Below, in pieces: positions 1 through 9,539 of a stretch of 36,880 bases of DNA; positions within the stretch are counted from its first letter, which is position 1; every line of letters begins with the position of its first letter. This DNA comes from Pseudomonadota bacterium (GTDB lineage: Bacteria; Myxococcota; JACRCW01; JAFGSX01), in the NCBI GenBank assembly GCA_043821645.1, contig JBDRCO010000013.1, forward strand, positions 1 to 36,880. Reading direction: 5' to 3'. Below the pieces are notes generated by a model. That model was not told the origin of the DNA. It saw only the letters and a program-made list of their open reading frames with translations, and ran no database searches. The position numbers were made by a program, and so were the translations under genes.

Positions 1-720
1 GTTCGCTTCAAGGGGCCTCGTCCCGAGGGCGAACGGCACGATCTCCCTTCGGCGATGCGCACCATCTGCGGCCCGTTTAAAAGGAGCCTCCCCTACGTTG
101 TGACCGAAAGCTCCAAGCTGGCTCAGGTCGTGCTCTGGCTCGACGGTGGAGCGGCTGCGGAAACTCCCCCGACCACGCCCCTGGTACTCAACATCAAGCG
201 CTGCGAATGGCAGCCGGAGCTGGCCACGGCGACCCGTGGACAGGTCCTCGTCATAGGCAACCTGGACGCCGAGACCCAGCAACCTCTGCTGCGGTGGCAC
301 GACGACGGTGAATCCGCCACACCCGCGCGACGTCCACTCCACATGTGGATCCCTTCTCGCGGCCAGCAGATCGCCACCGTGCTCAGAGCCCGCGGGCTGC
401 TGGACCTGACCACCACGGCCAACCGGCCCTGGTTGCACGCGCGGGTTCGCGTCTTCGACCACACCCTTCACACCACCAGCGGAGAGCGCGGCGATTTCGA
501 GATCGGTGATGTCGCTCCCGGACCCTACACGCTGCATGCCTGGCATCCGACGCTGGGCGAGACCTCGCAGGAGGTGGTGATACAGTCGGGCCGCGATACC
601 TCTGCGCTCTTCACCTACACACCGGATGGGCCGGAGCCCAGATCAGGTGCCGGGTCCTCCGAGCGGGTTCCCACCTCGCGACCCGCCGCGAATTCCGGGG
701 AGGCGACCCATGCGCGTTGA
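1..720 (+). CDS. 5'-truncated protein with cupredoxin-like and carboxypeptidase-regulatory-like beta-sandwich domains
   Basis: Frame is open from base 1 (VRFKGPRPEG...). Motifs CEWQP...GQVLVIGNLD and GDFEIGDVAPGPYTLHAWHPTLG match this family pattern. Stop TGA at 718-720. Confidence 0.65.
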   Translation, partial: VRFKGPRPEGERHDLPSAMRTICGPFKRSLPYVVTESSKLAQVVLWLDGGAAAETPPTTPLVLNIKRCEWQPELATATRGQVLVIGNLDAETQQPLLRWHDDGESATPARRPLHMWIPSRGQQIATVLRARGLLDLTTTANRPWLHARVRVFDHTLHTTSGERGDFEIGDVAPGPYTLHAWHPTLGETSQEVVIQSGRDTSALFTYTPDGPEPRSGAGSSERVPTSRPAANSGEATHAR

Positions 721-1789
721 CCGAACGCGTATCCTCCTGGTTGCGACGCTGGGCCTGCTGATGCTTGCCGCGGGTCCCGTCCTGGCAAAGGGAGGCAAGA
801 AAGAAAAGAGCGATCGCTTCGTCGACGCCAAGCAGCGCTTCAGCCTGCGCATCCCGCATGGCTGGGAGCTGGCGCCCCTGCCGGGAGATCTGTACGGCAT
901 GATGTTCCGGCGCAAGATCGGCGATGTGCCCGCCCTGTTCCGGGCGCACGTTGAGAAGGCCCGTGACGACGACACTTTGACCCTCGCTGCGGATCGTCTG
1001 ACCCGCGATTTCAGCCAGGAGATCGGCTATCGCAAGCTCACCGACCTGCCGGCCAAGGTGAACGGGATCGAGGGTGTGCGCCGTACACACAGCGTTTTCC
1101 TGTCCGGGGATCGCAATGTGGTGCGCTACGCCGTCGACACGGTGATCCTGGCGTACGGTCACGTGCACTTCATGCATTTCGAGACGACCGAGAGCGGCTT
1201 TGCCAGCTTCAAGGAGGATCTCGAGGCGCTACTGAGGAGTTACCGGCCCCTGGTCGGGCGCAAGACCTACGCCCCGATCATCGGAGAATGGGAACTGGTA
1301 GGCGCCGCCAGTCCACTGCGGCTCAGCCTGCGGCCGGACCTGGTCTTCGCCCTTGGCGACAAGCGCGGGCACTACCGCGCCGACGGATCCCGTCTTACCT
1401 TCATCGGTTCGGACGGCCGCGAAACCTTTGACTATGACGCCGGTCAGAGTTCCCTGGTTGTGCGCAACGAGAGCCTTGGCGGCCCCATGGCCTACAGGCG
1501 CGTCGGCGCCACCGCCCCGGATCTCGCCGATGTTCCCGTCGACAGGACCGCCAGGCCGACCCTGGTCGGGCGCTGGAAGGTGGTGGACAGCGATCTGGAA
1601 TTGGTGCTTTCACCGTCGGGGAGCGTGCAGTTTGGCCCGCTGTCAGGTCGCTACAGGGTCAAGGGCGCCTTGCTCACGATCACCTCGACGGCGGGCATGG
1701 AGATGACCTATCACACCTCCTTGCGGGCCGGCCGCCTGACCCTTTCCGGCGGCGACCTCGACCGGCCACTCCTGCTCGAGCGGGAGTGA
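710..1789 (+). CDS. Secreted protein with PsbP/DcrB-like N-terminal domain and two lipocalin-like beta repeats
   Basis: GGAGG RBS before ATG 710. Signal peptide ends ...GPVLA. FSLRIPHGWE is a PsbP/DcrB-like motif. Two repeats begin IIGEWELV and LVGRWKVV. Confidence 0.6.
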   Translation: MRVDRTRILLVATLGLLMLAAGPVLAKGGKKEKSDRFVDAKQRFSLRIPHGWELAPLPGDLYGMMFRRKIGDVPALFRAHVEKARDDDTLTLAADRLTRDFSQEIGYRKLTDLPAKVNGIEGVRRTHSVFLSGDRNVVRYAVDTVILAYGHVHFMHFETTESGFASFKEDLEALLRSYRPLVGRKTYAPIIGEWELVGAASPLRLSLRPDLVFALGDKRGHYRADGSRLTFIGSDGRETFDYDAGQSSLVVRNESLGGPMAYRRVGATAPDLADVPVDRTARPTLVGRWKVVDSDLELVLSPSGSVQFGPLSGRYRVKGALLTITSTAGMEMTYHTSLRAGRLTLSGGDLDRPLLLERE

Positions 1790-1837
1790 ACCCCATTTCG
1801 ATTCTCCTTTGCGCGTCCGTCCCATAACAATCAGGGT

Positions 1838-2380
1838 GTGATCATGGCCATGAAGAATCCCTACCACGCTCGTCGCGCCTCGACCCTGATCGGGGCCTAC
1901 CTCAAACCTTTGGCCAAGGCCACGGCCCAGCAGGTCCGTGAGATGGTTCCCCGGTACAATCAGGTGGATCAGGTGGCCCTGGTGCGCAACATCGAGCTCA
2001 TCCTCGACGCCACCCGGGGGGTGCTGGAGCAGGGCGACGAACGCCGCCTGATGTCTGTGCTCACCACCATCATGGATCTCCGGCAAGCGGCAGGGTTCAC
2101 CATCCGCGATTTTGTCGTGGCCTCACTGGCCGGTTTTCCGGTGGCGCGCCGTTTTTTCATCGCGCGTTCGCCAGACGCGGTCGAAGGCTTGAGGCTGTTC
2201 GAGGCCTTCGAGTGCGTGATGCTTCCCATCACCGGCCGTATCGCGGACACCTTCTCGCGCCTCAACGAGGACTCCACCACCATCCCGGATGGAGTCTCGC
2301 TGTCGACCATGCTCAACCTCGCCGGCCTGGCCGAGAGTACCGAGTCCTTCGAGATCGCCGCGGTCGAGTACGAGGGATGA
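1838..2380 (+). CDS. Stand-alone RsbRD_N-like (globin-like helical sensor) domain protein
   Basis: All-helical pattern with VPRY...L and DLRQAAGFTIRDF, resembling the R-x-x-x-G-F motif of RsbRD_N. Start could be 1838, 1844 or 1850. Confidence 0.55.
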   Translation: MIMAMKNPYHARRASTLIGAYLKPLAKATAQQVREMVPRYNQVDQVALVRNIELILDATRGVLEQGDERRLMSVLTTIMDLRQAAGFTIRDFVVASLAGFPVARRFFIARSPDAVEGLRLFEAFECVMLPITGRIADTFSRLNEDSTTIPDGVSLSTMLNLAGLAESTESFEIAAVEYEG

Positions 2381-3333
2381 AGGCCCTCGTGCTACTGTGT
2401 CAGCGCGCAGGCGCGCCCAACGGCCGGGTGCGCGCCTCGAACCCTGTCCGACGAGCGACCCAGCCCGTGGCGCGGCATGGCCTGGTCACCCGCACCCCGT
2501 GTGCCATCGGGTTGCTGATTCTCGCGATGGCGGCCTGTCTTCCCGTGCCACCGGCCACAGGCGACGCGGGGCCAGGCGCAGACGCACGCTGGAGCGAGCA
2601 GGACGAGAGCGAGCCCAACAACGGGACCACCACCGAGGAGTTCAACGGCCTCGCGATCGGAACGCGGGCGCACGGCGTCCTGCAGCTTCCCGACGACGTT
2701 GACATCTTCCGCTTCGACGCCGAGCTCGGTGGCCTGTACGTCGTCTCCCTGACACCGGATCCGGACTCGTCCCTGCAGCCCCATCTCACCGTGATGGACA
2801 GCGGGGTGGGCACGGCTCCGGCCGGGAACAGCTACATCAAGATCCTGCGCTCCCACGGCGAGGCTCTGATCATCGAGACCCTGGCCATGGGTGTTGACGG
2901 CTTCTTCGCGGTGGTGCGCGACGCGCGAAACGTCGGCGGCGCCGGCGGCGCTGGCGATGCAGACGCCCGCTATTCGCTCACGGTGCAGGCCGTGGACAGG
3001 AGTCAGGCCACGGTGGGAGCGCTGAGCTTCACCTCGACGCAGAGCGGCCTGCTTCGCCATGCCGGCGCTGTGGACCTTTACACCTTCGAGGGCACTTCCT
3101 GGTCCGACCTGCTCGTGGACCTGCGTGCCACAGGTGACCTGGATGGCAGGCTGTTCGTGTTTGCCGACGCGACCGGGGACTGGATCGCGCGCAACGACAA
3201 TCGCAGCCAGGGCGATGTGGATCCTTTGATCGACGCGCCGCTGACCGAGGGAGGCTCGCTGCTGCTGGTGGTCGAGAACATCGCGGAGCAGGCCGCAGAC
3301 CTTCGGTACACCGTCGACGCATCCTGGCCCTGA
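2377..3333 (+). CDS. Lipoprotein with two PPC-like (pre-peptidase C-terminal) beta domains
   Basis: ATGA overlap with the upstream stop; the true start may be further downstream. Lipobox LAMAAC. Motifs ESEPNN...DDVDIFRF and AVDLYTF...IARNDN. Confidence 0.65.
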   Translation: MKALVLLCQRAGAPNGRVRASNPVRRATQPVARHGLVTRTPCAIGLLILAMAACLPVPPATGDAGPGADARWSEQDESEPNNGTTTEEFNGLAIGTRAHGVLQLPDDVDIFRFDAELGGLYVVSLTPDPDSSLQPHLTVMDSGVGTAPAGNSYIKILRSHGEALIIETLAMGVDGFFAVVRDARNVGGAGGAGDADARYSLTVQAVDRSQATVGALSFTSTQSGLLRHAGAVDLYTFEGTSWSDLLVDLRATGDLDGRLFVFADATGDWIARNDNRSQGDVDPLIDAPLTEGGSLLLVVENIAEQAADLRYTVDASWP

Positions 3334-3560
3334 GCGATCGGCGCTCGCTCTTCTCGTGCCGCCGCGTCCGGATCCCCACGGGGGTCTGTACCGGGGCGTC
3401 ACATTGCATTCTTGCGAGACGCAGCTAACATACCGTAAATAAATAGCTATCAGTTCTTTTGCCGTTCCTGATGCGGCCACCCAGAGGATCGCAACTCACG
3501 ATTTCTCGACCACCGGCCTCCTGGCCTCGTCCTTCTCGTGAATGCACAGGAGGGCGTGTC

Positions 3561-6500
3561 ATGAGCATGAGCTGCAATCGCATCAGGATGTGGAACCTGG
3601 CCCTGGCGACCCTGGGATGCGCACTGGTCTCCGGCTGCCCTGGTTATCTTGGGCTGGATCTCGACGGTGACGGTCAGCCTGACGGGGTGCTGGTGGCGGA
3701 AGATCCTGGAGCGGATCCGGGGGTCGCCGGAGTGCCGAACTTCACCTCGGCCAATCCCGACTACAGGTCGGGCTCGCACATGATGGACGCGGGCTCCGTG
3801 GCATCTGACAGCGGTTCCATGAGCTGGGAAGCTGGGACGGCCATCCCGGTCGATGCGAGTACCGTGGCGCCAGGTGACCCCGGCACCACACTCAGCACGC
3901 GCGAGATCCTCGAGGCGGACATCGTGCAGATCCGGGACGGCCGGCTGTACGCCCTTAGCGAGTACCGCGGTCTGCTGGTGGTTGATGTCAGCGTGCGCGA
4001 TGCACTGGCCATGCTCGGCCGCTACCGCACCCAGGGCACGCCCTTCGAGATGTATCTGGTCGGCGACGTGGCCTTTGTCATCTACAGCTCGTTCTGGACC
4101 TGGGTCGAGGATCCGGTCTCCGGCCAGGACCGCTGGCAGCGCACCAGCCGCATCGTGGCGCTGGACATCGCGGACCCGGCAGCCATCCACCCGCTTGGCG
4201 AGTTCGATCTGGCTGGTGAGATCAGCGACTCCCGCCTGGTCGGCAACATCCTCTACGCGGTGAGCTACGAGGACGCCACCTGCTACCTGTGCACCGATCA
4301 GCCGCGCACGGTCATCACCAGCCTCGCGGTGGGTGATGTCGACAACATCCAGATCGTGGATCAACTGGCCTTCAATTCGGACGGTTACGGCTACGGGCCG
4401 CGAAGCGTGACCGTGACCACGCAGCGCATGTACGTTGCGGGTGAGGAGTGGGGGCAAGGAGCCGCGCAATCGACCATACAGGTCGTCGACATCAGCAACA
4501 TGGGCGGCACCCTCCAGCTCGGCGCGCAGGTCGAGGCCGCCGGTCAGATCTTCAGCCGCTGGCAGATGAACGAGTACCAGGGCGTGCTGCGCGTGATCAG
4601 CCAGCCCGGTGGCTGGGGGGGCGGCGGTGACCCCGTGGTGCAGACCTTTCGCGTGCAGGCCAGCGACCAGGTCTCCGCACTGGCACGCATGACCCTGCAG
4701 CTGCCACGCCCCGAGCAGCTCATGAGCGTGCAGTTCGATGGTCCCCGCGCCTACGCCGTGACCTTCGAGCGCACGGACCCCTTGTTCCTCATCGACCTGA
4801 GCGATCCTGTACAGCCTCTGCAACGCGGTGAGCTGGAGATACCCGGCTGGCTCTACCACATGGTGCCCGCAGGCGACCGGCTCTATGCCCTGGGCTACGA
4901 CCAGGCCTGGGGGGCGCTCGCCGTGTCGCTGTTCGACGTCGGCGACCTGGACGCGCCGCGCATGCTGTCGCGGGTGGCCTTTGGCGGCGACTGGGGCGCC
5001 ATGCCCGAGGATCAGGACCGCATCCACAAGGCCTTCAAGGTGATGCCCGAGCTGGGCCTGATCACGATGCCCTTCGCGGGCTGGTCTTACAGCAACGGCT
5101 ATCGCTACCTGAGCGGCATCCAGCTCATCGACATCGTCGGCGACAGCCTGGTCCAGCGCGCGGTGGCGCCTCACCAGGGCCAGGCCCGTCGCGCCATCCT
5201 GCATGACGATCGCCTGCTCGCCCTGTCCGACGAGCGGCTCGAGGTCTTCGACATCAGCGACCGGGGCGCGCCGCAGTCCACGGCGAGCCTGACCCTGGCG
5301 CGCACGGTCTATGTGGCCGCCGAGGTGCAGGGCGTGATCGCCGAGCTGGTCTCGGACTGGTGGACAGGCGAGGGCCGGCTGGACTTCTTGTCCGCGAGCG
5401 ATCCGGACGGGGTGGCCCTGTCCAGCCTGGACCTGTCGGCGCTGCGGCCACAGGACGAAGATCCCTACGACTACTGGACCTACAGTTTTCCTTACTGGAG
5501 CACCCAGCTGCTGCGCCAGGGCTCGACGCTGTGGCTGGTGTGGTCGCAGTACAGCTACCAGACCGGGACCAACAGGCTGTCGCTGGCCAGCGTCGATGTC
5601 ACGGATCCCAGTTCGCCGGTTCTAGGGTCTCGCCACAGCCTGGACGTGAACATGGGCTGGGGCTGGTGGAGCAGTACGGCCCTGGTGCACGGAGGTAGCC
5701 AGGTCGTGCTGGTGGGCGACACTCTGGTGGTGCACACCGAGGCCGAGGGCTACCACGACGGAACACGCTGGGTCGGTCAGAGCGCCGGCCTGGCGGTGGT
5801 CGACCTGCGCGAGGCCGCGACTCCCCGGCTGCTTGCCTCCCTGTATCCGACCCCGGGCGGTGACCTCGGTGGGCTCCAGGTCCACGGCGACGAGGTGTGG
5901 ACCGTGCACCAGCAGGTGCTGGACCTCGACCCGGGACGGGTGGCGCTGTACCTGGACAGACTCGACCTGTCGGATCCAGAACGACCCTCGCTGCTGGCAC
6001 CGGTCAACATCCCGGGGGTGCTCCTCGGGCGCGATCCCACCACTGGTCAGGTGCTGACGCTGGATCTGCAGGCCAGCCGTCGTGCGGCCAATGACTGGAC
6101 ACACTGCGCGCAGCTCGCCGCGGGTCGTCGCTTCGAGTTCCTGTACGACCTGGCACAGTGCGAGATCTATCGCCAGCGCCTGCACGTGATCGAGCTCGAC
6201 GCTGGCCAGGCTCGGGTGCTGGACCGCATCGAGGTACCCCAGGGCTACCTGAACCTGGCCATGGTCGACGCGGCGCGGATGGTTGCAGAGGTCTCGGCCT
6301 GGTACGGCTGGTACACCGAGGACAGGGGGCCCACGCTGCAGGTGTTCGCGCCCGACGCCGACGGGGACTGGGCGCTGCGTTCCTCCACCACGCTGCCAGG
6401 CTGGTATCCGCAACTGCAGCGGACCAGCGAGCAGCGCGTGGTGCTCACCGACAGCTCTCCACCATCGGTCAGCGTCCTGGATATCTCGGATGCGGCAACT

Positions 6501-6632
6501 CCTGTGCTTCGATCGCGCCGCACCCTCCCGGGCTATGCATACCAGAGCGCTCTCGTCGGGGAGCTGCTGCTCACCACCTGTGGACCCTGGGGTGTGGCCG
6601 TGACCCCGCTTGATGGCAGCCTGCCCTACTGA
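3561..6632 (+). CDS. Beta-propeller domain-containing lipoprotein (Beta_propel family-like)
   Basis: AGGAGG RBS. Lipobox ALVSGC. Family motifs EADIVQ, DSRLVGNILYAVS, MNEYQGVLRVIS, AYAVTFERTDPLFLIDLSDP, GELEIPGW. Confidence 0.85.
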   Translation: MSMSCNRIRMWNLALATLGCALVSGCPGYLGLDLDGDGQPDGVLVAEDPGADPGVAGVPNFTSANPDYRSGSHMMDAGSVASDSGSMSWEAGTAIPVDASTVAPGDPGTTLSTREILEADIVQIRDGRLYALSEYRGLLVVDVSVRDALAMLGRYRTQGTPFEMYLVGDVAFVIYSSFWTWVEDPVSGQDRWQRTSRIVALDIADPAAIHPLGEFDLAGEISDSRLVGNILYAVSYEDATCYLCTDQPRTVITSLAVGDVDNIQIVDQLAFNSDGYGYGPRSVTVTTQRMYVAGEEWGQGAAQSTIQVVDISNMGGTLQLGAQVEAAGQIFSRWQMNEYQGVLRVISQPGGWGGGGDPVVQTFRVQASDQVSALARMTLQLPRPEQLMSVQFDGPRAYAVTFERTDPLFLIDLSDPVQPLQRGELEIPGWLYHMVPAGDRLYALGYDQAWGALAVSLFDVGDLDAPRMLSRVAFGGDWGAMPEDQDRIHKAFKVMPELGLITMPFAGWSYSNGYRYLSGIQLIDIVGDSLVQRAVAPHQGQARRAILHDDRLLALSDERLEVFDISDRGAPQSTASLTLARTVYVAAEVQGVIAELVSDWWTGEGRLDFLSASDPDGVALSSLDLSALRPQDEDPYDYWTYSFPYWSTQLLRQGSTLWLVWSQYSYQTGTNRLSLASVDVTDPSSPVLGSRHSLDVNMGWGWWSSTALVHGGSQVVLVGDTLVVHTEAEGYHDGTRWVGQSAGLAVVDLREAATPRLLASLYPTPGGDLGGLQVHGDEVWTVHQQVLDLDPGRVALYLDRLDLSDPERPSLLAPVNIPGVLLGRDPTTGQVLTLDLQASRRAANDWTHCAQLAAGRRFEFLYDLAQCEIYRQRLHVIELDAGQARVLDRIEVPQGYLNLAMVDAARMVAEVSAWYGWYTEDRGPTLQVFAPDADGDWALRSSTTLPGWYPQLQRTSEQRVVLTDSSPPSVSVLDISDAATPVLRSRRTLPGYAYQSALVGELLLTTCGPWGVAVTPLDGSLPY

Positions 6633-7090
6633 GCGTGCTCGAGGGTGCCCTCGCGCAGCTCGCCACCGGCCTCGTCGACGATCTGGTAGCGAATGGCGAT
6701 GCTGGCGGTCTTTGCGATCATCACCGACACCGAACAGTACTTGTCCGCGGAGAGCTGGATGGCACGGATCACGTCCTTGACCTCGAGCCCCTGGCCGCGC
6801 ACCACGTAGGTAACGTCGACGTGGGTGTACACCCTGGGCGGTGTGTCCGCGCGCAGGCCACTGATCCGGACCTCGAGGCCTGTCATGGGTTTGCGCATCT
6901 TGTCCTTGAGAATCTGCACCACGTCGATGGCGGTGCAGCCCGCGTGGGCCAGCAGCAGCAGCTCCATGGGGGTGGCTCCGCTGCCGGTGCCACCGCCCTC
7001 GATGGGGGTGTCCAGCACCACTGCATGTCCGGTCCCGCTCACGCCGATCAACTGCGTTCCCTGTATCCACCGCACCGTGGTCTCGGGCAT
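6626..7090 (-). CDS. OsmC/Ohr family (YhfA-like) protein
   Basis: GGAGGAGGA RBS before ATG 7090. Motifs GATPMELLLLAHAGCTAIDV and SADKYCSV carry the two conserved Cys. 3' end overlaps the convergent gene by 7 nt. Confidence 0.92.
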   Translation of the reverse strand: MPETTVRWIQGTQLIGVSGTGHAVVLDTPIEGGGTGSGATPMELLLLAHAGCTAIDVVQILKDKMRKPMTGLEVRISGLRADTPPRVYTHVDVTYVVRGQGLEVKDVIRAIQLSADKYCSVSVMIAKTASIAIRYQIVDEAGGELREGTLEHAQ

Positions 7091-7161
7091 GTCCTCCTCC
7101 TCTCCTGCGCCGGTTCTGTCGATGCAGCATGTCACAACTCGATGCCGCGCTGACGACGCGC

Positions 7162-7190
7162 TTGAGCGCTTCAGGGCCCGGACATATGAT
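7162..7190 (+). promoter_or_regulatory. Putative sigma70-type promoter for the HEAT-repeat gene
   Basis: TTGAGC-N17-TATGAT ending 27 nt before ATG 7218. Confidence 0.5.
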
Positions 7191-7217
7191 GCGCGCGATC
7201 CAGGTTCGGGGGACAGC

Positions 7218-8180
7218 ATGGCGAAGAAGAAGTCGAACAAGAGCAGCCGGTCGTCGAGCAGCGCGCTCGCCGGTGCCAGGGACCAGAGCGCGGCGCCGGC
7301 GGCTGCAGCGGGAGCGCCACCTGGCGACGGAGCCAGGGTGCCACCAAAATTCGACAATCCCCTCGAGGAGCGCCTGTACCAGATTGACCCGAGCTTCGTC
7401 GGCGCGCGCAGCAATCGCTTCGCCAGTGCCATCGCGCGAGGCCGGGCCGCCGTCCCCGAGCTGCTCGCGGCGCTCAAGACCGACGATGCCCTCGCACGCC
7501 TGGATGCGGTCGAGGCCCTGGGTGAACTCCGCGACCACGCCGCCCTCGAGCCCCTGCGCAGCCTCATCAACGACAAGGATCCCGACGTGCGCACGGCCAC
7601 TGCCGTGGCCCTGGTACGCATCGGTGACGATCAGCTCTTCCCGGAGATGGTCAAGGCGCTGCGCAGCGACAATGCCAGCGTGGTGGTGGGCGCCGCCCTG
7701 GTGCTGGGCCACCTGGCGGACAGGAGCGCGGTGCCCAACCTGGTCGAGGCCTTCAAGACCGACGACCTTCGCATCGGTTCCGCCGTGGCCTGGGCGCTGG
7801 GTCGCTGTGGAGACCCCGTGGCGCTTCCCTGGCTAACGACCGCGGTCCGGCTCAACTTCGTCGCAGCCAATGCCTGCGAGGCGCTTGGACGCATCGGCGA
7901 TGCCAAGGCGACACCTGTCCTGCTCAAGGCTCTGGAGTCTCCCAACGACGACACCCGCGCCTACGCGGCACGCGCTCTGGGCATCCTCAAGCACGGCTCC
8001 GCCAAGGGCGGTCTGGGCTCGATGATGGGCACCCTGGCTGCCAACCAGGTGGTGCCTGCCCTCAAGAAGTTGCTCGGCGACCGCGCGCGCAAGGTTCGCC
8101 TGTGCGCCGCCCTGGCCATGTACGAGCTGGGCGAGCAAAAGGCCGCCGGGCGTCAGATCGTTCAGGAACTCACGGCCTGA
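7218..8180 (+). CDS. HEAT-repeat (PBS-lyase-like) protein
   Basis: Repeated units such as ARLDAVEALGEL, DPDVRTATAVALVRIG, NACEALGRIGD, DTRAYAARALG. Low-complexity K/S/A N-terminus. Confidence 0.88.
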   Translation: MAKKKSNKSSRSSSSALAGARDQSAAPAAAAGAPPGDGARVPPKFDNPLEERLYQIDPSFVGARSNRFASAIARGRAAVPELLAALKTDDALARLDAVEALGELRDHAALEPLRSLINDKDPDVRTATAVALVRIGDDQLFPEMVKALRSDNASVVVGAALVLGHLADRSAVPNLVEAFKTDDLRIGSAVAWALGRCGDPVALPWLTTAVRLNFVAANACEALGRIGDAKATPVLLKALESPNDDTRAYAARALGILKHGSAKGGLGSMMGTLAANQVVPALKKLLGDRARKVRLCAALAMYELGEQKAAGRQIVQELTA

Positions 8181-8215
8181 GAGCGCCGCGTCCGTTGCAC
8201 GCGCTCTACGGCCGA

Positions 8216-8231
8216 TGTGAACTTGATCACG
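8216..8231. promoter_or_regulatory. CRP/FNR-family-like operator
   Basis: TGTGA-ACTTGA-TCACG against the consensus TGTGA-N6-TCACA (1 mismatch), intergenic. Confidence 0.5.
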
Positions 8232-8369
8232 GACTTCAGTTTTTCGAGTCCCGCGGTGGCTGAGTTGCGCCGCTCCGGTTGAACTGCACCGACTTCTCTG
8301 GCGTCACCTCGGCTTTGCACGAGCCCGTTCTGGCCCCATTTGACGGGGCCTTGCACGGATCCGACGCGG

Positions 8370-8386
8370 TTGGCACTGGCCTTGCT
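8370..8386 (+). promoter_or_regulatory. Sigma54 (-24/-12) promoter
   Basis: TTGGCACTGGCCTTGCT matches YTGGCACGNNNNTTGCW with exact GG-N10-GC spacing, ending about 55 nt before ATG 8441. Confidence 0.8.
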
Positions 8387-8440
8387 CTTTACGGCAACAC
8401 ATCGAGTTCACCAACGGCATTGCCGGCAAGGGAGGCAGTC

Positions 8441-9511
8441 ATGCGAGCGCTGTCAGCAGGGATCGTGTTGTCCGTTCTGGTCGCAGGTTTTGGTTGCGAG
8501 GGGCGCGTCCCCTTGACGCCACAATCCAGGATCGTGGTGCCTGACGCACGCATGCAGAAGGGGGGCAGCGTCCGCACCCTGGCGATCACCGACGAGGAGG
8601 AGGCCGCCACCGCCGGGGAGGACGGCGAGTGCCAGGCCTGGACCACCGAGGAGGAGAGCTACGACGCGGCGAGTGGTGCCTTCGTCTACCGCTATCGCTG
8701 CGATGCCGGAGGCGACCTCCTGCTGGTCGAGACCCGTGGTGTCGACGATGGTCTGGGCAACGGCCAGTACACCACCACTTACGACCTGCGCGCCGGCGGC
8801 CAGATCGTGTGGAGCTTCAGCTACACCACCGAGGATGACGGCCTGACCACCAACTACGCGGGCAGCTCCACAGAGGGTGAGAGCATGAGTGGCGTCTACA
8901 CCGTGCTCGAGACCGGAGAGACCCAGACCAGCGAGGTGTGGAACACCCTCGAGGGCAGCTACATCGTCGACGGCGTGTACAGCGAGGACGGCCGCTTCAA
9001 CGGCAGTTCCAGCTTCGACGACCCCGCGACCGAGCAAAGCCCGGACTGGACAGTGGTCAACCTCGAAGGCAGCGATGGGTCCTTCTCCCAGGACGTCAGT
9101 GGTGTGTTCGACGGCTGGCTGTCGACCTACACCTACAGCGTCGCGGCCGATGGCAGCGCGAGCTACAGCTTCGTCCACGACGAGCTGGTGACCAGCGTGT
9201 CGCCGGATTTCGAGGGTGCCTACAGCTACCAGGCCGACGGTTCCGGCGAGGGCCATTACCGCCAGCTGTTCGAGGATGGTTCGGTCATGGTGGTGACGGA
9301 CGCCTTCGAGGCGGACGGCAGCCTGACCGAGAGCTGGGAACTCGACGACGCGGCCACCGAGCTCGAGGTCGACCAGCGCGGCACGATTCACTTCGACGCC
9401 AGCGGGCTCGGCACAGGGAGCGTGACCTTCTTCGCCGAGGACGGCAGCCGTGAGACCTGCGAGATCCGCATCGACGTCGACGGGACCCAGACCCTGAGTG
9501 CGTGCAGCTGA
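8441..9511 (+). CDS. Acidic beta-rich lipoprotein of unknown function
   Basis: GGGAGG RBS before ATG 8441. Lipobox VAGFGC. D/E/T/S/G/Y-rich with recurring DGS/DG turns and three similar DDPAT/DELVT/DDAAT-x-x-x-P/V-D segments. Confidence 0.75.
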   Translation: MRALSAGIVLSVLVAGFGCEGRVPLTPQSRIVVPDARMQKGGSVRTLAITDEEEAATAGEDGECQAWTTEEESYDAASGAFVYRYRCDAGGDLLLVETRGVDDGLGNGQYTTTYDLRAGGQIVWSFSYTTEDDGLTTNYAGSSTEGESMSGVYTVLETGETQTSEVWNTLEGSYIVDGVYSEDGRFNGSSSFDDPATEQSPDWTVVNLEGSDGSFSQDVSGVFDGWLSTYTYSVAADGSASYSFVHDELVTSVSPDFEGAYSYQADGSGEGHYRQLFEDGSVMVVTDAFEADGSLTESWELDDAATELEVDQRGTIHFDASGLGTGSVTFFAEDGSRETCEIRIDVDGTQTLSACS

Positions 9512-9539
9512 CCCGCGCCGCCTCCCGCCCTGTTCTCTC

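Noticed and set aside
3511-3526. Possible sigma54 promoter CTGGCCTCGTCCTTCT before the beta-propeller gene
   Set aside because: It lacks the conserved -12 GC dinucleotide.
3450-7712. Minus-strand ORFs of 584 and 696 aa
   Set aside because: They overlap the beta-propeller, OsmC and HEAT genes, which have clear motifs and RBSs.
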